The notes beneath the pieces are model-generated. The model saw only the letters and a list, made by a program, of their open reading frames with translations. It did not search any database and was not told where the DNA came from. Both the position numbers and the translations under genes were made by a program. Shown here one piece after another: positions 19,522-28,721 of a stretch of DNA of 64,000 nt. The stretch is taken from positions 5,109-69,108 of the forward strand of contig CANPPW010000001.1 in the NCBI GenBank assembly GCA_947576095.1, given 5' to 3'. This stretch comes from an uncultured Mycoplasmatota bacterium. GTDB taxonomy: Bacteria; Bacillota_I; Bacilli_A; RF39; UBA660. Within the stretch, counting starts at the first letter, position 1; each line of letters opens with the position of its first letter.

Positions 19522-22500
19522 TTATTTCTCTACAATCAATTCAATATTATTATTTTGGCTATTTAACATAAATGTATATATTTTCGTTCCTATCTTTTTT
19601 GAAAGATGTAACTGTCGATTCAGTAAATCTTTAAATTCTGCCACATCACTAATATTAGAAGCATTAGCTATATAAATTGTATATTTCCCTACCTCTAAAT
19701 CATTTAAATCAATTTGTTTTTCATACCAAGCCCTTGTTTTGTCAAGGTGATCAGAAACTGGAAGAGCAACAGCATAAGGGCCAGTTGTTATACTTCCTAT
19801 ATCATACTGATATTTTTTATAATTTTTTTGATTTTCAAAAATAATTTTTCTAATAACATTGGTATTACTAGCTAAATTACTACCATAAGAATAAGACGTT
19901 CCTTTTAAATATAATTGTCCATTTTCAGTAAAATGTAAATCTAAATATTGATCAAATTGATTATACGAATATGTAGCTGTGGTTCTATCTGCAATTTTTT
20001 CATTTCGAATAAGTAATTCTATTGGTGCTTCATTACTTGAATAATTATTACGGATAATAACATGTTTTTCTCCAGAAAATGATGTGGCTTGTGGAGCAAA
20101 TAACTTATTACTAACTGTAGATATTGCATAATAATTATCTGTTTCTGAAATAATATACATCTTATAATTGCCTTCAGGAACCTTTTTTAAATCAAATTGA
20201 AACTTAAACCATGAGTATGTGTAATCTTTTCCATCCTCACTAAATACTGGCATAGTCATATCCTTTGGATCTGTAATTCTTGTAGCAATTTGTTCATGTA
20301 AAACTTGATTGGTATTTATATCTACAAATTGAATACGATAATTTATTTTTGTAGATAATACATTGTCAATTCCTAAAATTGCATGATAGCCTTTTATTTC
20401 CAATTTTTCACCTATCTGCTTTATATAATCTAAATAATATGATGCCTTTTTTTGCTGCTTTACTTTTTCTACCACTTCAACATTGATCGTTTTTGAAATC
20501 TCTTGATTTGCTGAATCCACTACTTTATAAGTTACTAAATATTTCCCCAATTGAGTTGTATCAACTGAATTTTCTATAACTTCGATTTTTTCAATTGTAC
20601 CATCTTCTTTATCCGTTGCTGTTACATAATCAAGCGGGTTAAATGTGCTATTTTTTGCAATTTTAACATCTTCTGCATATATAACAGGTTTTTCATTTTC
20701 TATCACTTGAACATTTATAGTTTTTGTTACACTTTTTCCTGTACTATTGGTAACTTTATAAGTAATTTTATAACTACCAATTTTATTTATATCCACTGTA
20801 TTTTCAACAATTTGTATATGATTAGAAATATCCCCATCAATTGCATCTTTAGCTGACACATTTTTCTTAGGATCAAATGAAGTATATTGTGAGATTGATT
20901 GATCTTGGGCATTTATTTCTGGAATTGAATCTCCCATTACAGTTACTGTAATAGTCTTACTTACTTTAAAATGTTGATGATCTTCTGCTGTATAAGTAAT
21001 TTTATATTCACCAGGAATATTGATATATACTTCTCCGCTGATAGTAATACTAGATGTTATATCGCCATTTTCAGGATCATTTGCTAATACACCTAATAAC
21101 AAATCAATATTTTCACCTTTATGAATAACTCTATCATTAGCAATAATAGTTGGTTGAGCGTTTGTTACATACAAATCTTTTTCTTCTATATAACCATAGC
21201 TTTTATCAAAGCGATACTCTGCTGTTGTAATATTTTGTTGATCATCTAAAGAGGCATCAGAATAAACCTTATACCAATATTTTCCATTTTGATATATCTT
21301 ATCAGTTACTATCACAGGTATATTTTTCACACTATAATTAGCATTCTTTAATAAATATATTGTCTCAGCTTGATCTGATGGTTGTTTTTTTATCGGAACA
21401 TTATCAAAGGATGCTTTAATTCCAATCGTACTTCCCTGCCACTCCTGAAGTCCAAAATCTTTATCAGCTGCATAAGCGTTAGAAGCCATTTTTTCACCCC
21501 AATAAGGGTCTGTAGCATATTTTACATTCATTCCACTAGATTTATTTCCATAATGGCCTCCATAGTATCTGTTATCAGTTGGATTATTAAATCCAGCTCC
21601 TGTCATACTAGCATGCATCATGATACTATCTGCTACTGTATTATAATATGTAGCATTGGCTAAGGGATTATTACCATAAGCATTATGTCCAAAAAGATTA
21701 TTTTTTTGCATAGCAATTGCACTCGATCCAGTGGCACTTTCATTTACTGCTGCAGAAAAAGTTAATAATGCATTTACACCAAAACGCTCTTGGCTCAAAA
21801 TAAAATTTGCACCTTCTCCATACATCTTAGAATCACTTGGGCTTTTAAATCCCTTATTTATAACAATTTGATTAAAATCATTCGCTGTATAACTTGTACG
21901 ACTATGATTAGAAAGATACAAGTAATAAGGATAATATGGCCCTCTTGCGTTTATAGAATGATCATATGTATTATTTCGATAATCAGATAACATGGTATTC
22001 AAATCTTCATAATAATAGTTTCCATCAAAACTATAATACATTCTATTAGATGCTAAAAATGATGGAGCCTTTCCTAAATTTGTAACTCCTTGTGTAGATG
22101 CTGTAGCAAAATAGTGACGTAATTCACCATCAGAAACCTTATAATATGTTTTTAATGGAATGGTACTAATTTTATACCATGTAAGTCCCCCTGTTTTTTT
22201 TACATCTATGTATGTATAAATAGAACCTTTACTAGAATACCCAATCGCACTATATTGAGTACCAGGTCCCGTTCGAATTGTGATATTAGTATTGGAATTT
22301 TGTTGAATTCTAGAATTTCCAATTTCTTGGAACCATGTAGAATCTTGGCTAGATACCCAACTTTCTCCTCCATAAAGACGTGATACTGGAACAACTGTAT
22401 AATATCCTCTGTTAATCCAGCCCGTGTAACCACTAACCTTTACTTTGGCTCTACCCTTCCCACCAACATTTGGTTCGTAATCCAAAAAAGCAGCATCATT

Positions 22501-22863
22501 TCCATAAGCAGCATGAATAGTGGTATAAGCAGCACTATCAGTTGCATTTTGAAACAATCTATGTTCATTATTGGGATTTTCAGCAAAAGGATGAGCAGTA
22601 TCATAAAGAAAACGCACTATAGCATATTTAGCATTTATGATTTCTCCCCCCTCTTTTATCACCGCCACGTGCTGAGAATCTGAAGAATGTTCTAACATAA
22701 CTTTTTTAGCTTGATTATAGTCACTATATTTACCAATAGGTTGTTCACTACCATTGCTATTTACAACGGAAACCTCATAGGGGCCCATTGCTTTTGCATT
22801 TCCCAAAAAAAGGAAAAAAACTATGCTAATTAATAATATAAAACTTCTATTTTTCCACTTCAT
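19522..22863 (-). CDS. secreted 1113-aa cell-wall hydrolase: GH73 N-acetylglucosaminidase domain plus multiple Ig-like domains
   Basis: signal peptide MKWKNRSFILLISIVFFLFLGNAKA; glucosaminidase-like block ...NALLTFSAAVNESATGSSAIAMQKNNLFGHNAYG; Big-like repeats. Confidence 0.7.
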   Translation of the reverse strand: MKWKNRSFILLISIVFFLFLGNAKAMGPYEVSVVNSNGSEQPIGKYSDYNQAKKVMLEHSSDSQHVAVIKEGGEIINAKYAIVRFLYDTAHPFAENPNNEHRLFQNATDSAAYTTIHAAYGNDAAFLDYEPNVGGKGRAKVKVSGYTGWINRGYYTVVPVSRLYGGESWVSSQDSTWFQEIGNSRIQQNSNTNITIRTGPGTQYSAIGYSSKGSIYTYIDVKKTGGLTWYKISTIPLKTYYKVSDGELRHYFATASTQGVTNLGKAPSFLASNRMYYSFDGNYYYEDLNTMLSDYRNNTYDHSINARGPYYPYYLYLSNHSRTSYTANDFNQIVINKGFKSPSDSKMYGEGANFILSQERFGVNALLTFSAAVNESATGSSAIAMQKNNLFGHNAYGNNPLANATYYNTVADSIMMHASMTGAGFNNPTDNRYYGGHYGNKSSGMNVKYATDPYWGEKMASNAYAADKDFGLQEWQGSTIGIKASFDNVPIKKQPSDQAETIYLLKNANYSVKNIPVIVTDKIYQNGKYWYKVYSDASLDDQQNITTAEYRFDKSYGYIEEKDLYVTNAQPTIIANDRVIHKGENIDLLLGVLANDPENGDITSSITISGEVYINIPGEYKITYTAEDHQHFKVSKTITVTVMGDSIPEINAQDQSISQYTSFDPKKNVSAKDAIDGDISNHIQIVENTVDINKIGSYKITYKVTNSTGKSVTKTINVQVIENEKPVIYAEDVKIAKNSTFNPLDYVTATDKEDGTIEKIEVIENSVDTTQLGKYLVTYKVVDSANQEISKTINVEVVEKVKQQKKASYYLDYIKQIGEKLEIKGYHAILGIDNVLSTKINYRIQFVDINTNQVLHEQIATRITDPKDMTMPVFSEDGKDYTYSWFKFQFDLKKVPEGNYKMYIISETDNYYAISTVSNKLFAPQATSFSGEKHVIIRNNYSSNEAPIELLIRNEKIADRTTATYSYNQFDQYLDLHFTENGQLYLKGTSYSYGSNLASNTNVIRKIIFENQKNYKKYQYDIGSITTGPYAVALPVSDHLDKTRAWYEKQIDLNDLEVGKYTIYIANASNISDVAEFKDLLNRQLHLSKKIGTKIYTFMLNSQNNNIELIVEK

Positions 22864-23016
22864 AACATCCCTCTATTCATTTACTATTATATCAAAAAAA
22901 TGTCGAATTGTATAGTAGTAAAAAAAAGAGTTCACAAATCTGTAAACCCCATATAAATGTATGCTCTTATAGTAAATATATTTGTTTTTTATTTGAAATA
23001 TTACATATAAATATTT

Positions 23017-23400
23017 CTAGTGTTGTTGCAGAACTTCACAAGTATTCTCATTATATTTAAAATTATACTGATTATTTTCAGAATTGAAAGTAATAACAAT
23101 ACACCCCTGCATAGGTTTTTTATCTCTAGGATCCAAAATTTCGTTTTTACTTAGATATTTTTCCTTTATAAGGGTATCAATCTTTAAATAATAAGCAGTT
23201 AACTCATCTATCTCTGCTGCATTTTTAACAGACCATCTTTCAGCACTCTCTTCTAAAATTTTTGTTTGTTCAATATAAGCTTTTTCCTTTCCTTTTTTTA
23301 AATTAGAAAAAACTGCAGGAGATATAATAAGTAATATAGCAGATAATATAACAATAACAGCCAAAAGCTCTACTAATGTAAATCCCATTTTCTTTTTCAT
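23017..23400 (-). CDS. type IV pilin / pseudopilin (prepilin-type N-terminal cleavage/methylation domain)
   Basis: MKKKMG|FTLVELLAVIVILS class-III signal (G-1, F+1, E+5); C-terminal Cys pair; RBS AAAGGA. Confidence 0.8.
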   Translation of the reverse strand: MKKKMGFTLVELLAVIVILSAILLIISPAVFSNLKKGKEKAYIEQTKILEESAERWSVKNAAEIDELTAYYLKIDTLIKEKYLSKNEILDPRDKKPMQGCIVITFNSENNQYNFKYNENTCEVLQQH

Positions 23401-23499
23401 AAAATCATCCTTTTCACTATTTAATATATTTGCAAATAATTATCTTATTGCTTATTTATATCTATTATATCAAACTTTAAAAATTCAAGAAAGTAAAAA

Positions 23500-23643
23500 T
23501 TATATATTCATGGAAATATATACATCATTTATTCCATTTTCCTCATTTTCCATTTTTTGAATCATCTCTGTATTAATATAAAGAAACCCTAATACCAGTA
23601 TTACAAAAATCATCATTCCTTTGCTTCTACATAACTCTTTCAT
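23500..23643 (-). CDS. 47-aa single-TM protein, candidate SOS-induced cell-division inhibitor (YneA/SosA analogue)
   Basis: strong RBS AAGGAGG 8 nt before ATG; divergent from lexA; its promoter carries a LexA box; N-in TM topology. Confidence 0.45.
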   Translation of the reverse strand: MKELCRSKGMMIFVILVLGFLYINTEMIQKMENEENGINDVYISMNI

Positions 23644-23672
23644 TATATATCCTCCTTTATTATGATACATTC

Positions 23673-23701
23673 ATTTTATCACGAACATATTTTCGTGTCA
23701 A
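23673..23701 (-). promoter_or_regulatory. sigmaA promoter TTGACA-N17-TAAAAT of the small divergent gene, with a LexA (Cheo) box in the spacer
   Basis: consensus -35/-10; CGAAAATATGTTCG (GAAC-N4-GTTC with one mismatch) lies in the spacer. Confidence 0.55.
23682..23695. promoter_or_regulatory. LexA operator (Cheo/SOS box)
   Basis: CGAACATATTTTCG versus Firmicutes consensus CGAACATATGTTCG. Confidence 0.55.
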
Positions 23702-23710
23702 GGTTTTACC

Positions 23711-23749
23711 AAACATTCGTTTGACTTTTTTATAAACATGTGTTATTAT
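23711..23749 (+). promoter_or_regulatory. lexA promoter TTGACT-N17-TGtTATTAT with a second, weaker LexA-like palindrome (AAACATTCGTTTG) overlapping the -35
   Basis: near-consensus hexamers with TG extension; the palindrome overlaps -35, typical operator placement. Confidence 0.5.
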
Positions 23750-23773
23750 GACATTATATATAAAGGAGGATTT

Positions 23774-24394
23774 ATGGAAGGATTAACCAAACGACAAAAC
23801 GAGATTTTAACTTACATTAAAGAATATATTGTTTCACATGGCTTCCCCCCTACTGTTAGAGAGATTGGTAAAGCCCTTGATGTATCATCACCAGCTACAA
23901 TACATGCTCATCTTGCTAATTTACAACGTAAAGGTGTTATAAAAAAAGATGGTTCAAAAAATCGTGCGATTGAGCTTTTGGTAGATAATGAATTTGCTAT
24001 TCAAAATGAGGAAGTCACCAAAGTCCCATTATTAGGAAAAATTACTGCTGGAAGCCCAATTGAGGCAATCGAAAGACCAGATGAATACTTTTCTTTACCA
24101 ACTTATTTAATTCCTAAACAAAAAGAAGTATTTACACTTCATGTTAGTGGAACAAGTATGATCAATGCTGGAATACTAGATAATGATATTGTAATCGTAG
24201 AAAGAAGGGAAACTGCCAAAAATGGCGATATTGTGGTAGCCATGACAGCAGATAATGAGGTAACGCTTAAAACATTCTATAAAGAAAAAGATCACTTTCG
24301 ATTACAACCAGAAAACGATACAATGAATCCCATTATTTTAAATCATGTTACTATTTTAGGTATTGCTGTAGGTCTTTATAGAAAAATTAGATAA
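23774..24394 (+). CDS. lexA: LexA repressor
   Basis: N-terminal wHTH, Ser (GTSM) and Lys (TLKTF) catalytic dyad; AGGAGG RBS. Confidence 0.9.
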   Translation: MEGLTKRQNEILTYIKEYIVSHGFPPTVREIGKALDVSSPATIHAHLANLQRKGVIKKDGSKNRAIELLVDNEFAIQNEEVTKVPLLGKITAGSPIEAIERPDEYFSLPTYLIPKQKEVFTLHVSGTSMINAGILDNDIVIVERRETAKNGDIVVAMTADNEVTLKTFYKEKDHFRLQPENDTMNPIILNHVTILGIAVGLYRKIR

Positions 24395-24415
24395 TTTTAA
24401 TCAATAAAAGATATG

Positions 24416-24459
24416 AAAAAACTAGTACAATGATTCATTTTGTAATTGTACTAGTTTTT
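24416..24459. terminator. bidirectional terminator (perfect 15-bp stem)
   Basis: AAAAACTAGTACAAT-loop-ATTGTACTAGTTTTT. Confidence 0.65.
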
Positions 24460-24478
24460 CTATACTTATAAATTATTT

Positions 24479-25504
24479 TTATAGTTGTATGGAAGAAGCA
24501 TTCATTTGATGATAGACCTCTTGAAGATAACTTTGTACTGGAACAATAAATTGTCTTTGATTTTCTATGGCATGCATACTCTTTTCCATAAAATCTTGAT
24601 AATGATAATCTGATGGATCAAATTGTGCCTGGTTTAGATGACTTTCAATCTGTGAATAAAACATATCACGATCCATATTGATATCATCAATATTTACATT
24701 CCTCATACCAGCATACTCTTCTTTCACACCTGCATTCATATTATCCAATCGATAATCAACTGTATAATACATAACCTTAAACTTACTTTGTGCAGACTCA
24801 CTTAAGTCAGAAAGCACAAAAGACTCTCCATTTTTCATTGTAATTGTCCCACCATACATAAGTGCATCTGTAACAGGATAATATTGCATAAAAACATCCT
24901 CTTTCATTTCATCTGTAAAAAAGCCTGGTGTATCTGCAATATTATAAATATATTCTTTCCAAATCGCCATATAATCTAGTGCAACAGTATCTCTTTCTGT
25001 TTGAGACATTGAACCCATGGTAGTTGCTACATCTGAAACATTAGGTACATTCACATCCTGCCATTCACTTGATATTTCATCTGTTTGCTCTATATAATTT
25101 GCATAATCGTCTTCCAAGGGTTGATTTCCTTCCATGTACTCTGGATCAATTGTCTCTTCATAATCATATTCTGAATTGATACTCTCTTCATCATAATCAT
25201 TATCATAATTTTGAATGCGACTGATTTCTTCATTTGCTTTATGATTAATAAAAGCCTGACAGCCCTTTGTAACTCCCGTTACAACAAAATATCCTAACAA
25301 AAGTCTTATACCATACTTTTTAATTCTACATCCAAAAAATGTAGAATTTCTTTTTTTATCTCTCTTTTTTTGATCCTCTTTTTCTTTTTCCTTGTCCACC
25401 TTTTTTCTTTTGCGTTCTGCTTGCCTATCCATACCAGATTTTATATCCTCATAATACTCATGAACTTGCTGTGCTCTTGCCGCAGGGCCACCTAAATTTG
25501 CCAT
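24479..25504 (-). CDS. hypothetical type-II (N-in) single-pass membrane protein with K/E-rich cytoplasmic N-tail and about 260-aa extracytoplasmic domain
   Basis: TM segment YGIRLLLGYFVVTGVT; no recognisable domain; 3-nt gap to queH suggests an operon. Confidence 0.5.
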   Translation of the reverse strand: MANLGGPAARAQQVHEYYEDIKSGMDRQAERKRKKVDKEKEKEDQKKRDKKRNSTFFGCRIKKYGIRLLLGYFVVTGVTKGCQAFINHKANEEISRIQNYDNDYDEESINSEYDYEETIDPEYMEGNQPLEDDYANYIEQTDEISSEWQDVNVPNVSDVATTMGSMSQTERDTVALDYMAIWKEYIYNIADTPGFFTDEMKEDVFMQYYPVTDALMYGGTITMKNGESFVLSDLSESAQSKFKVMYYTVDYRLDNMNAGVKEEYAGMRNVNIDDINMDRDMFYSQIESHLNQAQFDPSDYHYQDFMEKSMHAIENQRQFIVPVQSYLQEVYHQMNASSIQL

Positions 25505-25507
25505 ATT

Positions 25508-26110
25508 TTAACCTTCTTTCTTCTTTGAGTAAATACACCCACAATAATTTTGTCTATATAAGTGATAGATAGAAGACAACTCTATAGATCTTTTATATCC
25601 ATCTTTCTTTTTAAAATCAGCAAACAAATAAGAAATACCATACTGATTTGCCAATTTCTGTCCAATTTCATTTAATTTATCTGCATTTTTATAGGGACTA
25701 ATAGATAAAGTTGTTGTAAAATAATCATATCCGTTTTCTTTTGCAAAACATGCTGTCTGATTCATTCGCAGTTCATAACAACGAAAGCAACGAATGCCTC
25801 CTTCTGGCATTTCCCTAAAAGATTCAATTGTTTTTTCAAATAAATTATTTTCATATGGAGCTTTCACTGTTTTAACATTTAGCTTCATCTTTTCAATCAA
25901 CTTTTCTAATTCATCGTACCTTTTATTAAATTCTGTTTCAGGCGATATATTAGGGTTGTAATAATAAATGGTAATATCAAAATAATCGCATAGCTTTTCT
26001 AGCACTGCACTACTACAAGGTGCACAGCAAGCATGTAATAATAATCTCTTTTTCCCTTTCAAAGCAAGAATTTGAGATTCCATTTTTTGTTGATAATTTA
26101 CTTTCATCAT
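25508..26110 (-). CDS. queH: epoxyqueuosine reductase QueH (DUF208)
   Basis: LLLHACCAPCSS and YYYNPNI motifs; start overlaps the stop of the rhomboid gene. Confidence 0.7.
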   Translation of the reverse strand: MMKVNYQQKMESQILALKGKKRLLLHACCAPCSSAVLEKLCDYFDITIYYYNPNISPETEFNKRYDELEKLIEKMKLNVKTVKAPYENNLFEKTIESFREMPEGGIRCFRCYELRMNQTACFAKENGYDYFTTTLSISPYKNADKLNEIGQKLANQYGISYLFADFKKKDGYKRSIELSSIYHLYRQNYCGCIYSKKKEG

Positions 26111-27249
26111 TAAATTCCAATAAGTGCCAAATATCCAATAAACACTACATATATTATTAAAACAATCCAACCATTGATTTTTTCAAAAGTAGAACTTTTA
26201 TATTTGACACCTAATGCCATGGTTGATAAAACCCCACCTACAAGTCCCCCAATATGGGCTGCATTATCAATACCAGAAATGAAAAAACCAATTCCTAAAT
26301 TTAATAAAATTAATGGTATAATTTGTGACTTTATAACCGTTCCTAAATAAACTCTATAATAAAATCCAAAGTATAAAAGAGAACCCAATAATCCAAAGAT
26401 AGCACCAGATGCTCCAAGCGAAGCGGAACTATCCCCCATAAAAATCATAGATAAAAAACTACCACATATACCACTTATCATATAAACAAATATATATTTC
26501 CATTTTCCCAAAAATCCTTCTAATTGCGAACCTATAATATAAAGTGCATACGCATTACATAGAAAATGTAATAAATGATAATGCAAGAAAAAACTTGTTA
26601 TAATTCTATAATATTCTCCTGTAATATGAACACGATTTACTAGAAATAGACTTTCTACAAAATGATCATCTAGTTTAGCAAGTAAAAACAAAAATATATT
26701 GATAGCTAACAAAACATAAGTAATAATCGGTGTTTTGGGTTTAAATACATCTTCATTCTTTTTCGCTTCCACTTCACTTTTTTGATTAATATCACTTGTG
26801 AGTTTTATAAAAAGTTCTGCTCCCTTTTCATCAAAATTTGTTTCATTTAAAATTGCTGGGAAAGCATTTTTTATAAAATCATTTTGCTGTAAGTCATCCA
26901 TGGATTCCAACTGAATACAATCAATACTTTTCATCTGCATCTTTTCTATTCTTTTAACATTTTCACCAAGATTTACAAAAATACTTAAAGTGTGCAAATC
27001 AAAGGAAATTGTTTTCTTTTTAATTTTTTTTAATATGTGTTTTGTTCTAAATAAATCATACTGAAATTGTTCATCATTATGAATATAATTAGAAACAATT
27101 CGAATAATTTTATAGTTTTCTTCTAAATTTTCTAACCAAATTTCATTTTGAGCACCATGGAGAATAATAGGAGTATACCCTTCCCCAATAAAATAGTGTA
27201 AAAGTTTCATAACAAGTTCATCTGTTTTTCCAATAATAATGTTATTCAT
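26110..27249 (-). CDS. rhomboid-family intramembrane serine protease with N-terminal cytoplasmic domain
   Basis: GASGAIFGLLG (catalytic Ser) and AHIGGLVGG (His) in a 6-TM core. Confidence 0.8.
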   Translation of the reverse strand: MNNIIIGKTDELVMKLLHYFIGEGYTPIILHGAQNEIWLENLEENYKIIRIVSNYIHNDEQFQYDLFRTKHILKKIKKKTISFDLHTLSIFVNLGENVKRIEKMQMKSIDCIQLESMDDLQQNDFIKNAFPAILNETNFDEKGAELFIKLTSDINQKSEVEAKKNEDVFKPKTPIITYVLLAINIFLFLLAKLDDHFVESLFLVNRVHITGEYYRIITSFFLHYHLLHFLCNAYALYIIGSQLEGFLGKWKYIFVYMISGICGSFLSMIFMGDSSASLGASGAIFGLLGSLLYFGFYYRVYLGTVIKSQIIPLILLNLGIGFFISGIDNAAHIGGLVGGVLSTMALGVKYKSSTFEKINGWIVLIIYVVFIGYLALIGI

Positions 27250-27294
27250 GTAATCACCTTCATTATCTATTGTATCATACTTTTATGTATTGTC

Positions 27295-28191
27295 CTAACT
27301 GTTTTTAAAGGTTTCTAATATGTCAAGAAAAGAAGAAGGAAGTGGGCTTTCAAAATGAAGATATTCCTTAGTTCTAGGGTGAATGAATCCCAGTTCTTTA
27401 GCATGTAAACATTGTCCTGTTTCATCTAAAATTTTTCTTTTTCCATAAACAGGATCATTCACAATCGGATGATTAATATATTGCATATGCACTCTAATTT
27501 GATGTGTTCTTCCTGTTTCTAGTTGAAGTTCTAAAAGCGTGGCTGTTTTGTATCTTTCAAGTACTCTAAAATGAGTAATAGCAGATTTGCTATTTACTGC
27601 TGTTACTTTCATTTTTTTTCGATCCTTTTCATCTCGTCCAATAGGAGCATCAATCGTTCCTGTATCATGTGGAATCACTCCATGTACAAGAGCAATATAT
27701 TTACGATATGTGGTTTTCTCTTCCAATTGTTTTGCTAAAAAATGATGTGCTTCATTGTTTTTAGCTATCATTAGAAGACCTGTGGTATAAGCATCTATTC
27801 GGTGAACAATACCAGGACGAAAGACCCCACCTACATTGCTTAAATTTTTTGCATGATATAAAAGTGCATTTACAAGTGTTCCTTTGGGATTCCCAGCACC
27901 AGGATGCACAACCATTCCGTTTGGTTTATCAACTACTATAACATCTTCATCCTCATAAATAATCGTAAATGGTATATTCTCAGGAATCACATTTATTTCC
28001 TCTTCACAATACTCCCCTATAGTAATCATATCACCACTTTTCAAAGAATAGCTATTTTTTACAGTACCATTATTAACTAAGATTGCTCCATTCTCAATCA
28101 TTTTTTGAATTTTAGCGCGACTCATTCCCAGTTCATTTTTAAAAAAAAGATCAATTCTTCCTTTATCCTCTACAAGCTTTATTGTTTCCAT
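27295..28191 (-). CDS. rluD: 23S rRNA pseudouridine synthase, RluA/RluD family
   Basis: S4 domain N-terminus, HRIDAYTTGLLMIAKN catalytic motif. Confidence 0.85.
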   Translation of the reverse strand: METIKLVEDKGRIDLFFKNELGMSRAKIQKMIENGAILVNNGTVKNSYSLKSGDMITIGEYCEEEINVIPENIPFTIIYEDEDVIVVDKPNGMVVHPGAGNPKGTLVNALLYHAKNLSNVGGVFRPGIVHRIDAYTTGLLMIAKNNEAHHFLAKQLEEKTTYRKYIALVHGVIPHDTGTIDAPIGRDEKDRKKMKVTAVNSKSAITHFRVLERYKTATLLELQLETGRTHQIRVHMQYINHPIVNDPVYGKRKILDETGQCLHAKELGFIHPRTKEYLHFESPLPSSFLDILETFKNS

Positions 28192-28640
28192 GTTTCCCCT
28201 CCTTTATGCCAATTATAATCATGAATAAAACAGAAATTACAATCATTATATCTGCAAAATTAAAAATAGGATAATTATAACTACCTATATTAAAATCCAA
28301 AAAGTCAATAACAAATCCACGTAAAAGTCGATCTATAAAATTGCCAAAAATTCCACCCAATAAAGATCCATAAATCATTTGCTCTATTTTTGACAATTTA
28401 GCATTTTTTAAAAACAATTGATAAATAAGTACTACTGCTATAACAGTTACTAGTAATAAAAAGATTTGATTCCCCGAAAAAAGACTCCATGCAGCCCCCT
28501 CATTTCTCACATAGGTAATTCGAAAAAAAGATGGAATAATAGTAATGGACTGTCCTACATATAATTTTTGGGTAATAATCCATTTTATCATTTGATCTAT
28601 TATTAAAACTAAACCTGCAAAAATAAAAGTTTTTTTCACG
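28163..28640 (-). CDS. lspA: lipoprotein signal peptidase II (GTG start)
   Basis: NEGAAWS and FNFAD motifs; GGTGA RBS; extended -10 TGgTATAAT at about 28656-28664. Confidence 0.8.
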
Positions 28641-28721
28641 TATATCACCAAATAAATTATACCAAATTTTAAAAAAAAATAAAAGATATCCAATTCTTTT
28701 ACTTTTATATATTGTAAATTT

